DNA from: Bacillota bacterium
GTDB lineage: Bacteria; Bacillota; Clostridia; Oscillospirales; Ruminococcaceae
Reading direction: 5' to 3'
Length of the DNA: 64,000 nucleotides
Assembly: GCA_023460035.1 (NCBI GenBank)
Contig: JAEWRN010000043.1
Span: 85,436-149,435 of the forward strand
Part shown: piece by piece, positions 18,439 to 27,971 of the stretch
Numbering within the stretch: position 1 is the first letter of the stretch
Layout: each line of letters starts with the position of its first letter
Notes under the pieces: model-generated
What the model was told of the DNA's origin: nothing
Database searches by the model: none
What the model saw: only the letters and a program-made list of their open reading frames with translations
Translations under genes and position numbers: made by a program

Positions 18439-20373
18439 TCAGCGGTACATCTGCACCAGCGCATAGCCTTTGCCAAACATGGCGTCATACTGCAGCAGGC
18501 TTTGGGTGTGCAGCAGCTGTGTCTGCGCATCGCTCGCCCCCCTTACCGTGCTGCCAAGGCTGCCGTCCGGCTCGATTACATACCCGAGGTTGATGCCTTT
18601 CAGCGTCGTCTGGCTTTGGGCCAAAAAGTCGAACCAGGCGGGCCGCAGCACGTTGTATTGCTGCAGCGTGGTGGCCAGCAGCTGGTACGGGGGCATTGCG
18701 CCCGCCGTTTCGGCCTGCTTCGTTTCAAAGTTTGCCCACATCAGGTACGGCACCTGATGCGTGTTGACCATCTGGTCATAGCTGCTCTGCGCGTTAAACG
18801 ACGGCAATTCGTCCAGCAATTCGGCACCGTCTTTGTCCCCTATCGCGGTCTGGTGATCACCAAAAATCAACAGCACCACGTCGCGGTCCGACTTTGAAAA
18901 ATAATCGCACAGCAGCCCAATGGCACGGTCGGCATCCCGCAGGCCGGTCGCAACGCTGTCAAGGCTGTCGACATAATAAGAATCCACCCCGTCAAGGCTG
19001 GCGTGCACCTTATAATCGTCGGCATATTCATCCGGCGCGTTGGGGATGTGGTTTTGCATTGTGACCGTGTGCAAAAACACCGGGCTGCCGTCTGCCGTTG
19101 CCTGCTCGTACAGCTCAATCAGCTTTTCTGCCGTTTGCACATCGTCGATGTAAGTGCCGTGCTTTTGCGGGCTCACAAAATCGTCCTGTGAATAAAATTC
19201 GTCAAAGCCCATGGCGGGGTACGCCGTGTTGCGGCTGTAAATCGTGGGGTCGTAGGGGTGCAGCGCGATGGTTTTATACCCGTGTTCCTTTAAAAAGCGC
19301 GGGTAACTGGGGAACTGCCCATTGACATACTCGACATAGGGGATGCTGCCGGTGGGCAGCAGGCTGGTCGAAAACCCGGTCAGCGCGCCAAATTCCATCT
19401 CTTCGGTGCCGCCGGAGTATTTATCGGAATAATAGCAGCCCGAAATGCCCTCGGCCGCATACCGGTCGTAATTCTGCGTCAGCGCCGTGTCGTAACTTGC
19501 CCCCTGCACGTTGGACAGCCGGTAATAGCTTTCCAGCATCACGACAACCACATCCGGCTTGCGCTGGTCCGTGTGGCTCTCCTGCGGCAGTGCCTCGGCG
19601 GCCTGCTGCACGGTTTGTGCGCTATACCCCTGCGGCTGCTTTGGGTTCAGCGCACCGGCATACATTAAAAAACCCGTCGCAAAGGTGGCTTTTTCGTAGC
19701 TTTCGCCGGGGCGAAACGCCATGGTATCAATGTCAAGCTTCTCCTGAACCCCGGTGTTCCACAGCACCCCTGTCAGCCACAGCGCACAAAGCGCGACACC
19801 GGCCGCCGCCAGCGGCAGCCGCACCACTAGGCGGCCCTTGCCCGGCAAACTCACCGGCAGCAGGATGAGCACGCTGAGCGAAAAGAACAGAAAAAATACC
19901 CCCATCGGGAAGGTGGGCGGGATGGACAGCTCGGTAGCGACCTTTGCCGCATCGCCGGCAATTACAAGGTCTTTGGGCAGCACCGGGTCGCCGCGATAAG
20001 TAATTTTATAAAAATTGGCATACGCGCCAATAAACGCAAGGCCGCCGACCAGCAGCGCCCCCACCCAGGGGCGGCGGGTCAAAAAAGCCAGTGTCAGCAC
20101 GACACCCGCTAAAAACACCGTACCCAGCGCCGCGGCCGGCAGGTGCACCACAAAATACCGCAGGGCCGCGCCCGCCTTTTGCAGCCGCACCCACTCGGCA
20201 AAAAACTGGCACAGCAGCGGGTACAGCCCCACAGCCCAAACCGTCAACAACCACGCCGCCATTTTGCTGTTTTGCAATTTTTGCACCGCTGTTTTCACAC
20301 ACGCGTCCTCCCCCGGCAGCGCCGGCCCTTCGGTTTGGGCCTTCGCTTGCTCTATACAGGTAACGCTCTGCAC
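18439..20373 (-). CDS. LTA synthase family (alkaline phosphatase/sulfatase superfamily) membrane protein
   Basis: Five N-terminal TMs, then PDVVVVMLES, GGT..E (catalytic Thr), TMQNH and FGDH. Start codon uncertain. Confidence 0.88.
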   Translation of the reverse strand: MQSVTCIEQAKAQTEGPALPGEDACVKTAVQKLQNSKMAAWLLTVWAVGLYPLLCQFFAEWVRLQKAGAALRYFVVHLPAAALGTVFLAGVVLTLAFLTRRPWVGALLVGGLAFIGAYANFYKITYRGDPVLPKDLVIAGDAAKVATELSIPPTFPMGVFFLFFSLSVLILLPVSLPGKGRLVVRLPLAAAGVALCALWLTGVLWNTGVQEKLDIDTMAFRPGESYEKATFATGFLMYAGALNPKQPQGYSAQTVQQAAEALPQESHTDQRKPDVVVVMLESYYRLSNVQGASYDTALTQNYDRYAAEGISGCYYSDKYSGGTEEMEFGALTGFSTSLLPTGSIPYVEYVNGQFPSYPRFLKEHGYKTIALHPYDPTIYSRNTAYPAMGFDEFYSQDDFVSPQKHGTYIDDVQTAEKLIELYEQATADGSPVFLHTVTMQNHIPNAPDEYADDYKVHASLDGVDSYYVDSLDSVATGLRDADRAIGLLCDYFSKSDRDVVLLIFGDHQTAIGDKDGAELLDELPSFNAQSSYDQMVNTHQVPYLMWANFETKQAETAGAMPPYQLLATTLQQYNVLRPAWFDFLAQSQTTLKGINLGYVIEPDGSLGSTVRGASDAQTQLLHTQSLLQYDAMFGKGYALVQMYR

Positions 20374-20526
20374 AGGCCGGATATTTCAAAAATAAAAACT
20401 TTCACGTTTGGTATGGTAATATTTTACAACAACCCCGCAAGGCATACAAGCCGCAGTTTGCGGCAGGCAAAATACAAAAGAGCCGCCCCTTTTGAGGTAC
20501 GGCCCTTCGCTTTGCTTGTTTGCTTT

Positions 20527-21150
20527 TTAAGTGTTATTCATAATCACCCGGCTCATTGCGTCACTTACGTCTTCGCAGGCATCGCAGCATTGTTCGCAGC
20601 AATCAAACAGCTCGGTCCACACTAATTTTTCCTCTGCCGTGGCCCCGTCGGCAAACAACCGCCTCATTGCATTGAGATACAGCCGGTCGCCCTCATCTTC
20701 TAAGTTGTTAATCTCAATTATTTTTTCACGCACCGTTTTTGATTTGCGAAAATTTGCAAACTCTTGCAGCCCATCCTGCAATGCCTGCGTGCAGCGCACA
20801 ATCAGCTCTACAAAAGGCAGCATTTCATGGCGCAGCTGCTGCACATTAAACATATATACCCGCAGCAGCACATCTTCAATGGCATCCGTAATGTCATCAA
20901 TGCGCGACGCCATTACCGTGATGTCATCCCGCTCAATGGGGGTGATAAACTCCCGTACCAGGTGATCGTGCAGGTTGTGATTTGCCTGATCGGCTTCGTG
21001 CTCAATCCCATGCATCTGCTGCAATTTTTGCGGCAGCACCGCCACGTCAAATTGCTGCAGCGTTTCCTGCAATGCAAGGGCCGCCTGCATACAATAAGTT
21101 GCAAGCCCTTTCAGCATCTCAAAATAATCGTTTTCCTGTCGCTTTGCCAT
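20527..21150 (-). CDS. DUF47/PhoU-like phosphate transport regulator
   Basis: IEHEAD, FITPIERDDI, LEDEGD and DACED motifs. Directly downstream of pit; GGAGGG RBS. Confidence 0.9.
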   Translation of the reverse strand: MAKRQENDYFEMLKGLATYCMQAALALQETLQQFDVAVLPQKLQQMHGIEHEADQANHNLHDHLVREFITPIERDDITVMASRIDDITDAIEDVLLRVYMFNVQQLRHEMLPFVELIVRCTQALQDGLQEFANFRKSKTVREKIIEINNLEDEGDRLYLNAMRRLFADGATAEEKLVWTELFDCCEQCCDACEDVSDAMSRVIMNNT

Positions 21151-21182
21151 TTTAATTCCCTCCGTTGTTTCGAAGACTACTT

Positions 21183-22235
21183 TTAAAAAATTGCAATAAA
21201 CAGCTTCGCCATTGCCCAGCCAATCAGCCCGCAGCCAGGGAAAGTCAGTACCCACGCAAGCGTCATCTCTTTGACAACGCCCCAGTTGACGCTGGAAATC
21301 CGCTTCGCGGCACCTACGCCCATGATCGCGGTGGTTTTTGTATGGGTGGTGCTGACCGGCAGCCCTGTCACCGATGAAAGAAGCAGGCAAACGGCGCCCG
21401 CAAGGTCGGCAGAAAAACCCTGATATTTTTCCAGCTTGACCATATCCATACCCACCGATTTAATAATGCGGTATCCGCCAATGCTGGTGCCCAGCGCCAT
21501 CACCGCGCTGCACAGCACCATCAGCCAAACCGGGATGATAAATTGGCCGGCATCGGCATTGCCCTGAGCGAGGAAAATGCCCAGCAAAAAAACGCCCATA
21601 AATTTTTGGCCGTCCTGCGCACCGTGCATAAACGCCATCGCAGCGCCGCCGCCCACCTGTGCCCAGCGGAACACCCCCACCGTGCGCCGCCTGTCCATGC
21701 TGCGGCACACCAAAACCGTGAGCTTTGAAAACAGCCAGCCCAGCCCAAAGCCCAGCAGTGTTGACAGCACCAGCCCATAAATAACCTTGACCCACTCGCT
21801 GCCGTTGATGCCGCCAAGGCCCCCTTGCAATGCAATCGCCGCACCGGACAGCCCGGCAATCAATGCGTGGCTTTCACTGGTGGGGATGCCAAATGCCCAA
21901 GCAGCGGTCGCCCATGCCACAATGGCCACCATGGCCGCGCACAGGGCCACCAGGCTTTCGTGCGCCTGCCCCTTAAAATCCACCATGTTGTAAATGGTTT
22001 CAGCCACCGTGGCGTTGAGGGTGGTCATTGCAAGCACCCCGGCAAAGTTCATGACTGCCGCCATTAAAATAGCCGGCCGCACCCCCATGCTGCGGGTTGA
22101 AACACAGGTTGCAATTGCGTTGGGGGCGTCTGTCCAGCCATTGACCAAGATGACCCCCAGCGTCAGCAGCACCGTCACCGCAAGCGGCGGGCTGCTGAGC
22201 AGTTGACTGATAAAATCACCAAGCGTAATTGTCAT
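21183..22235 (-). CDS. pit: Inorganic phosphate transporter, PiT family
   Basis: NGWTDAPNAIAT, GIPTSESHAL, HGAQDGQK and PVSTTH motifs. Confidence 0.95.
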   Translation of the reverse strand: MTITLGDFISQLLSSPPLAVTVLLTLGVILVNGWTDAPNAIATCVSTRSMGVRPAILMAAVMNFAGVLAMTTLNATVAETIYNMVDFKGQAHESLVALCAAMVAIVAWATAAWAFGIPTSESHALIAGLSGAAIALQGGLGGINGSEWVKVIYGLVLSTLLGFGLGWLFSKLTVLVCRSMDRRRTVGVFRWAQVGGGAAMAFMHGAQDGQKFMGVFLLGIFLAQGNADAGQFIIPVWLMVLCSAVMALGTSIGGYRIIKSVGMDMVKLEKYQGFSADLAGAVCLLLSSVTGLPVSTTHTKTTAIMGVGAAKRISSVNWGVVKEMTLAWVLTFPGCGLIGWAMAKLFIAIF

Positions 22236-22255
22236 GAAAAAGGCTCACTTCCTGT

Positions 22256-22349
22256 TTTACATTTGCTTTACTTTTTGTTTACACAACAATGACACTATAG
22301 CACGTTGTCGCTTGCAGCTTCAAGCCATCCTGTGTAAAGCATTTGTAAA
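22256..22349. promoter_or_regulatory. pit promoter with phased TTTACA (Pho-box-like) repeats
   Basis: TTTACA, TTTACT, TTTACA and ATGACA at 22256, 22267, 22278 and 22289 (11-bp period). Two more TTTACA on the - strand at 22333 and 22344. Extended -10 TGcTATAGT on the - strand at 22294-22302. Confidence 0.65.
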
Positions 22350-22366
22350 ATACACAAAAGCAGCCA

Positions 22367-22408
22367 AAAAAAGCAAAGGGCAAAAACAACTTTGCCCTTT
22401 GCTTTTTT
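22367..22408. terminator. Intrinsic terminator after the ABC-F gene
   Basis: Perfect 18-bp inverted repeat AAAAAAGCAAAGGGCAAA / TTTGCCCTTTGCTTTTTT. Confidence 0.88.
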
Positions 22409-22437
22409 GTCGTATAAAGTTAACTGATTTTCGCCTG

Positions 22438-24063
22438 TTACAGCAGGTTTTCGTGCTGGTGCAGCGTTGTTTTGTACTCCAAAAAATCATCGTAGCTGCC
22501 AATGCGGTCAATACAGCCGCCGCCGTCACTTTCGGTGCGCAGCTCGATAATGCGGGTCGCCACCGTATCGATGAACTGGTGGTCGTGGCTGGAAAAGAAC
22601 AGGTTGCCCGCAAAGCTGTCAAGGCCGTTGTTGACCGCCGTGATGCTTTCAAGGTCCAAATGGTTGGTCGGCTGGTCAAGCAACAGCACGTTTGCCGTGC
22701 CCAGCATCATGCGGGACAGCATGCAGCGCACTTTTTCGCCGCCGGACAGCACCTTGACCGCCTTGTACACCTCATCGCCTGAAAACAGCATACGGCCCAA
22801 AAAGCCGCGCAGGTAGGTTTCGGTCGTATCGCTGGAATACTGCCGCAGCCATTCGACAAGGTTTAAGTCGCAATCGTTGAAAAATGCCGAGTTGTCTTTG
22901 GGGAAGTACCCGCGCGTTGTGGAAACGCCCCAGCGGAAGCTGCCTTCGTCCGGCTGCATCTCCTCTGACAAAATTTGAAACAGCGCAGTCTGCCCCGCTT
23001 CGTTGTCCCCCACAAAGGCAATTTTTTCACCCCGGCCCACATTAAACGACACATTGTCCAGCACTTTCACGCCGTCCACCGTTTTTGAAAGGCCCTCTAC
23101 AAACAAAATGTCCTTGCCAAGCTCGCGCTCCATCGTAAACCCGACAAACGGGTATTTGCGGCTGGATGCCGGCATATCCTCAAGCTCAATCGTATCCAGC
23201 ACCTTTTTGCGGCTGGTCGCCTGCTTCGACTTGGATTTGTTGGCCGAAAACCGCTGAATAAACGCTTGCAGCTCTTTGATTTTTTCTTCTTTTTTCTTGT
23301 TTTGGTTGCGGATAAGCTGCTGCATCAATTTCGAGGATTCGTACCAAAAGTCGTAGTTGCCCGCATACATTTTGACCTGATTGTAATCGATATCCACCGT
23401 GTGGGTGCAAACGGCGTTCAAAAAGTGCCGGTCATGGCTGACCACCAGCACCGTGTACGGGTAATCGATTAAAAATTCTTCCAGCCAAGTGATGGATTCA
23501 ATGTCAAGGTAGTTGGTGGGCTCGTCCAGCAGCACGATATTCGGCTGGCCAAACAGCGCTTGCGCAAGCAGCACCTTCACCTTGCCGCGGCCGTCCATTG
23601 CGGACATTTCCATCTCGTGCTGCGCCACCGGGATGCCAAGGCCCGACAACAGCTGCGCCGCTTCGGTTTCAGCCTCCCAGCCGCCAAGCTCGGCAAATTC
23701 GCCCTCCAGCTGGGCAGCGCGCTCGCCGTCGGCATCCGAAAAATCTTCTTTCGCATACAGGGCGTCTTTTTCGCACCGCACGTCGTAAAGGCGGCGGTTG
23801 CCCATAATTACGGTGTCCATCACCGTGTAAGCGTCGAATTTAAAGTGGTCCTGCTGCAGCACACTCATGCGGGTGCCCGCCGTCATGGTAACACTGCCGG
23901 TGCTTGGCTCTAAATCGCCGGATAAAATGCGCAGCAGCGTACTTTTGCCCGCGCCGTTTGCCCCAATAATCCCGTAGCAGTTGCCATCGGTAAATTTCAG
24001 GTCTACATGTTTAAATAAATCTGCCCCGTCAAACTGAAGGCTGACATCACTGACTGTTAACAA
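22438..24063 (-). CDS. ABC-F family ATP-binding protein (YbiT/YkpA-like)
   Basis: Two ABC domains without TMs (GANGAGKST, LLDEPTN; LSGGE, LLDQPTN) joined by linker FSANKSKSKQATSR. TTG start after GGAGG. Confidence 0.93.
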   Translation of the reverse strand: MLTVSDVSLQFDGADLFKHVDLKFTDGNCYGIIGANGAGKSTLLRILSGDLEPSTGSVTMTAGTRMSVLQQDHFKFDAYTVMDTVIMGNRRLYDVRCEKDALYAKEDFSDADGERAAQLEGEFAELGGWEAETEAAQLLSGLGIPVAQHEMEMSAMDGRGKVKVLLAQALFGQPNIVLLDEPTNYLDIESITWLEEFLIDYPYTVLVVSHDRHFLNAVCTHTVDIDYNQVKMYAGNYDFWYESSKLMQQLIRNQNKKKEEKIKELQAFIQRFSANKSKSKQATSRKKVLDTIELEDMPASSRKYPFVGFTMERELGKDILFVEGLSKTVDGVKVLDNVSFNVGRGEKIAFVGDNEAGQTALFQILSEEMQPDEGSFRWGVSTTRGYFPKDNSAFFNDCDLNLVEWLRQYSSDTTETYLRGFLGRMLFSGDEVYKAVKVLSGGEKVRCMLSRMMLGTANVLLLDQPTNHLDLESITAVNNGLDSFAGNLFFSSHDHQFIDTVATRIIELRTESDGGGCIDRIGSYDDFLEYKTTLHQHENLL

Positions 24064-24217
24064 TTTAGTTCCTCCGCAAAACATGATATCGCGCCCAGCA
24101 GGGCGCGTTGCCATTTTAACATGGAACGCCCCCAGAAGCAAGGGAAACCCCGCTTTGCGGCGGAATTTCGGCACAAAAAAACGGCGGTGCACACCGGGCA
24201 CCGCCGCCTGTTTTTAT

Positions 24218-25111
24218 TTATTTTGCCTTGCGCAGAATACTCAGCGCATGGGGGATTACCGTAATTTCCACTTCGTGCTGCGCGCCGCCAAATTCGCCGT
24301 CCAGCGTCCAGGCCGTCTCCTCTTCAAACGTAAATTTTACGTGGTTGGTGTGCTCCAGCCGCACCAGCTCGCCGTCAAAATCACGCGCAAGCAGCTTTGC
24401 GCCAATCGTGCTGGCCTCTGCCATGTTGGCGGGTGCTTTGACCAGCAGCACCTCAAACAGCCCGTCGTCCAGCTGCACCGTGCTAGCATCGCCCAGCTGC
24501 AGGCCCGCCACCGAGTTGGAATTGCTGACGGCGCCGTAAAAATACTCGCCGTCCCAGCTTTGGCCGCCACATTCCACATGGGCGACAAATTTGCGGCCGA
24601 TGGGCAGCCGTTTCATCCCCTCAATCACATAGGCAAGGTAGCCCAGCGAGTTTTTTTCGTCCTGCGACGTGAGGTATGACACATCGGTAAATGCGCCAAA
24701 GGCCGCTACATAATTAAAATACCGGTCGTTGAATTTGCCAACGTCATAACAAAAAGGCTTGCCGGTCAGCATGGCCGCACAGCTTTCTTTTGTGCGGCGC
24801 GGCAGCCCCATGCTGCGCGCAAAATCATTGGTCGACCCGGTGGGCAAATACCCGTAAGGCGGCGGGGTTTCCATCTGCATCAGGCCATTTACCAAATGGT
24901 TCAGCGTGCCGTCCCCGCCGCAGCACACAACGCGGCTGTAAACGCCCTGTGCCTCTTTGAGTATTTGGCTGGTAGAATGCCCCGGCAAAACAGGCTGCAC
25001 CGTCACCTCATACCCCGCGGCCGAAAAGCTTTCAATCATGGGGGCAATTTTGCGGGAGGCCTCCCCTTTGCCGGCAACCGGGTTGTAAATCAATAACAAT
25101 CTTTTGCGCAT
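24218..25111 (-). CDS. Diacylglycerol kinase family lipid kinase (DgkB/YegS-like)
   Basis: YNPVAG, GGDGT, PTGSTNDF, DDG and LDGE motifs. Confidence 0.93.
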   Translation of the reverse strand: MRKRLLLIYNPVAGKGEASRKIAPMIESFSAAGYEVTVQPVLPGHSTSQILKEAQGVYSRVVCCGGDGTLNHLVNGLMQMETPPPYGYLPTGSTNDFARSMGLPRRTKESCAAMLTGKPFCYDVGKFNDRYFNYVAAFGAFTDVSYLTSQDEKNSLGYLAYVIEGMKRLPIGRKFVAHVECGGQSWDGEYFYGAVSNSNSVAGLQLGDASTVQLDDGLFEVLLVKAPANMAEASTIGAKLLARDFDGELVRLEHTNHVKFTFEEETAWTLDGEFGGAQHEVEITVIPHALSILRKAK

Positions 25112-25202
25112 TGTGTCGTTCCTCACTTGTGGTGTTGATACACTCATTCTACCACCTAATTGTGAACAAAAACACCACGCACAAAAGCCGCACGCCGCAG
25201 TT

Positions 25203-26213
25203 TTAAACGCCTGCCGTCGTACCGCGCTCGTGCGGGGCAAACGGCACCATTGTCTGCACCGGCCCTGAAAGGCGGTTTTCAAGCAAGTCATCCATCAGCC
25301 GCGCACAGCGGTAGGCAATCTCCTCAATCGGGATTTCCACCACCGACAGGCTGGGGGTCAGACAATGGTAAAGGTCTTTTTCATGGGTGCCGACGCTCAG
25401 CAGTTCCACGGTATCCGGCATGCGAAAGCCGCGCTCGTTCAGCCCGGCGTGCATGCCAAACGCAATGTTGTCGGTGTTGACAAAAATGCCGGTGTGCAGG
25501 CTTTCGTCCAGCTCCAGCTGCAGCGCGCCGTTGCGGCCCGCCGCAATGCTGTTTTCAGGCAGGCGCAGCCGCTGGGGGGTAACCCCCGCCGCAAGCAGCA
25601 CCTCTTCAAACCCGGCAATGCGCTCCAGCGCATATTCCACCAGCCGCACATCGTCTACGGCAATAAACCGGCTGCACCCATTTTGCAAAAATTTGCGTGC
25701 CGCATAACGGCCCACCTCCACATTATCCACCCGCACACTGGGGTACCGCTGTGAAACGCGGTTATACAGTACAACGGGGCAGGGGGTATCCAGCTGTTCC
25801 ATATATTCAAGGTCCGGCTTTGATGCGGTGCACAAAATCATGCCCGAATACATATTCAGCGAACGCTGGTTGGCGCTCTCCTCTAAATGGCCCGGCTTAT
25901 AAGGGCACACCACCACTTCGGCATACCATTTCTGCTCTAAAACATACCGTTGCAGCCCGCGCAGCAGGTTTGCCACCAGCGCGGTTTCAAAGTTGGTTGC
26001 CCAATAGACCGCAATATTCTTTTTTGCCGCCTGCCTGCTGCGCAGCCTGCGGGCCGAAACATTGGGCTGGTAACCAAGGCGGCGGGCTGCATCGAGCACA
26101 ATTTTTTGGGTACTTTCCGGTATTTTTCTCTCGACAGCCATACCCCGCAACACAATGGAGATCGTGCTGATGGAATACCCTGTTTCCTGCGCAATCTGTT
26201 TGATTGTCACCAT
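25203..26213 (-). CDS. LacI-family transcriptional regulator
   Basis: N-terminal HTH TIKQIAQETGYSISTISIVL, hinge LGYQPNVSARRL, C-terminal PSLSVV. Confidence 0.92.
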   Translation of the reverse strand: MVTIKQIAQETGYSISTISIVLRGMAVERKIPESTQKIVLDAARRLGYQPNVSARRLRSRQAAKKNIAVYWATNFETALVANLLRGLQRYVLEQKWYAEVVVCPYKPGHLEESANQRSLNMYSGMILCTASKPDLEYMEQLDTPCPVVLYNRVSQRYPSVRVDNVEVGRYAARKFLQNGCSRFIAVDDVRLVEYALERIAGFEEVLLAAGVTPQRLRLPENSIAAGRNGALQLELDESLHTGIFVNTDNIAFGMHAGLNERGFRMPDTVELLSVGTHEKDLYHCLTPSLSVVEIPIEEIAYRCARLMDDLLENRLSGPVQTMVPFAPHERGTTAGV

Positions 26214-26238
26214 GTTTGCCACCGCCCTCTGCTTTTTT

Positions 26239-26267
26239 ATCATACACATGATTTTTACCTGCGTCAA
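26239..26267 (-). promoter_or_regulatory. Sigma-A promoter of the lacI gene at 25203-26213
   Basis: TTGACG-17 bp-TATGAT with TGTG extension, on the - strand. Confidence 0.7.
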
Positions 26268-26336
26268 ACCTGTTTTTTGGTAGTTTTTGTCGTATTGATA
26301 AAAAATACAGGGCAAATGGTTTGCTTTTTTGAATGC

Positions 26337-26365
26337 TTGACAATTGTGTCACAACATTTTATATT
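26337..26365 (+). promoter_or_regulatory. Sigma-A promoter with overlapping palindromic operator and no downstream CDS
   Basis: TTGACA-17 bp-TATATT. TGACA-ATTG-TGTCA (26338-26351) overlaps the -35. Confidence 0.6.
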
Positions 26366-26424
26366 ATTTGTATATAATTTTGAATTTTCACACTTTTTGT
26401 TTCTTGATTTTTACCTTCCGTGAC

Positions 26425-26474
26425 CAAAACCAATCCCCGGCACTGTTTGCACGCAGCGCCGGGGATTGGTTTTG
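26425..26474. terminator. Intrinsic terminator, probably bidirectional
   Basis: Perfect 17-bp inverted repeat CAAAACCAATCCCCGGC / GCCGGGGATTGGTTTTG. Confidence 0.82.
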
Positions 26475-26565
26475 ATATTTCTATTTTATTTTTAATTGCG
26501 CAGACCCGCCGGTGTACTGGGCAACCAGTGCATTGCTAACAACGCAGTAAGATCATCACGGATGT

Positions 26566-27567
26566 TCAACTTTTTTGCACGGAGTCACAGATGTTAGTCG
26601 GCACACGTTTGTTTTTTGCCATACAAAGCAAAATTTTTTCTTTACTGGGCATTGCGGGGATTGCCCCTTTTCCGCTTGTCGTCAAACTTCCCGCTGCGTT
26701 TGCAAAATCAGTTGCTTTTTCCCATGTATCCAGTGCGATTTGCAAAATGCCTTTCTTTAATTCATTTGACACAAAAAACAATAGGGCACCCCAAAACGCA
26801 TCCCCCGCTCCGGTAGTATCAATTGTATCCACGTCGTAAGTGGGAACCAACACATTTCCCACAGGTGTATGACAATAAGCCCCTTTTGCTCCTAATGTTA
26901 CAAAAACCACCTTAGGCCCTCTTCCCACAAGTTTATTTGCCCCTGCTTCAAGGCCTGTTTCTCCTGTTAATAACTCCATTTCCTCTTCACTTACCTTTAA
27001 TAGGTCGACCAATGGAAGTGCTTTGAGAATTTCGTTTCTTGCGGTTGCAGTATCTGGCCACAAAACCGGTCGATAATTGGGGTCATAACTGATTATTGCG
27101 CCCGCATTTTTTGCTGTTTGCGCCGCCGAAAGCGTTGCACTGCGGCTAGGATCCTCTGTCAATGAAACTGACCCAAAGTGAAAAATGTGGCAATCTGTTA
27201 AAACTTTCAAGGGCACCTCTTCTGTCTTAAGCATAATGTCGGCACCCGGTTTGCGATAAAAGGTAAAAGACCGATCCCCCCACTCATTCAACTGCACAAA
27301 CGCCAAGGTAGTCGGTATCTCTTGATCCTGAAGCAAACCGTCACAATTGATTTTGGCCTTTTCCATCGTAGCTTTTAAAAAAAGGCCAAAATCATCCGCG
27401 CCCACTTTTCCAATAAAAGCTGTTTTCCCGCCCAATTTTGCGTACATGGCAAGTACGTTCGCTGGTGCCCCACCTGGGTTGCGGGTAAACATCTGCATTC
27501 CCATTTCATCTTTACCTGCGGGAGTGAAATCAATTAGGCTTTCACCCAAAGCCACAACGTCATACAT
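26566..27567 (-). CDS. PfkB-family carbohydrate kinase (fructokinase-like)
   Basis: GESLIDF, PGGAPANV, YDPNYR, KVSEEE and DTTGAGDAF motifs. Confidence 0.93.
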   Translation of the reverse strand: MYDVVALGESLIDFTPAGKDEMGMQMFTRNPGGAPANVLAMYAKLGGKTAFIGKVGADDFGLFLKATMEKAKINCDGLLQDQEIPTTLAFVQLNEWGDRSFTFYRKPGADIMLKTEEVPLKVLTDCHIFHFGSVSLTEDPSRSATLSAAQTAKNAGAIISYDPNYRPVLWPDTATARNEILKALPLVDLLKVSEEEMELLTGETGLEAGANKLVGRGPKVVFVTLGAKGAYCHTPVGNVLVPTYDVDTIDTTGAGDAFWGALLFFVSNELKKGILQIALDTWEKATDFANAAGSLTTSGKGAIPAMPSKEKILLCMAKNKRVPTNICDSVQKS

Positions 27568-27574
27568 CACTTTT

Positions 27575-27967
27575 TCACAGCCTTTGATTGAATTCCACCT
27601 TTTCCCCATTAGGGCCAAGAATGGTAAAAAACTTTACACCGTTTTTCCAAAATGGTAAAAACTGTATACTGTCATCCAGAAGATGATACCCGTTCGCTTG
27701 CGCTATTTCAAATGCCGCATTGATATCCGTGACATCAAGTGCAATATGATCAATCGCACCCGTTTTATTCATTGCATGCCCATTTTGATAAAGTTCAAGC
27801 AGCATGTTTGCAAGTTGCAAAAATGATACTTTTTCATTTGCCTCTTTGTTTACGGTGGTATACAAATTTTCAAACCCAAGGCTCTCATAAAAAGTGACGG
27901 TCTTTTCGATATCGTTTGTCGGAATGCCTATATGTTGTATTTTTGTTACGATTTGTGAAATTTTCAC
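27575..27967 (-). CDS. VOC/glyoxalase-family protein
   Basis: QHIGIP, LELY, IDHIALDV and GPNGEKVEF give the metal-binding pattern. Start uncertain. Confidence 0.88.
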   Translation of the reverse strand: MKISQIVTKIQHIGIPTNDIEKTVTFYESLGFENLYTTVNKEANEKVSFLQLANMLLELYQNGHAMNKTGAIDHIALDVTDINAAFEIAQANGYHLLDDSIQFLPFWKNGVKFFTILGPNGEKVEFNQRL

Positions 27968-27971
27968 GGCT

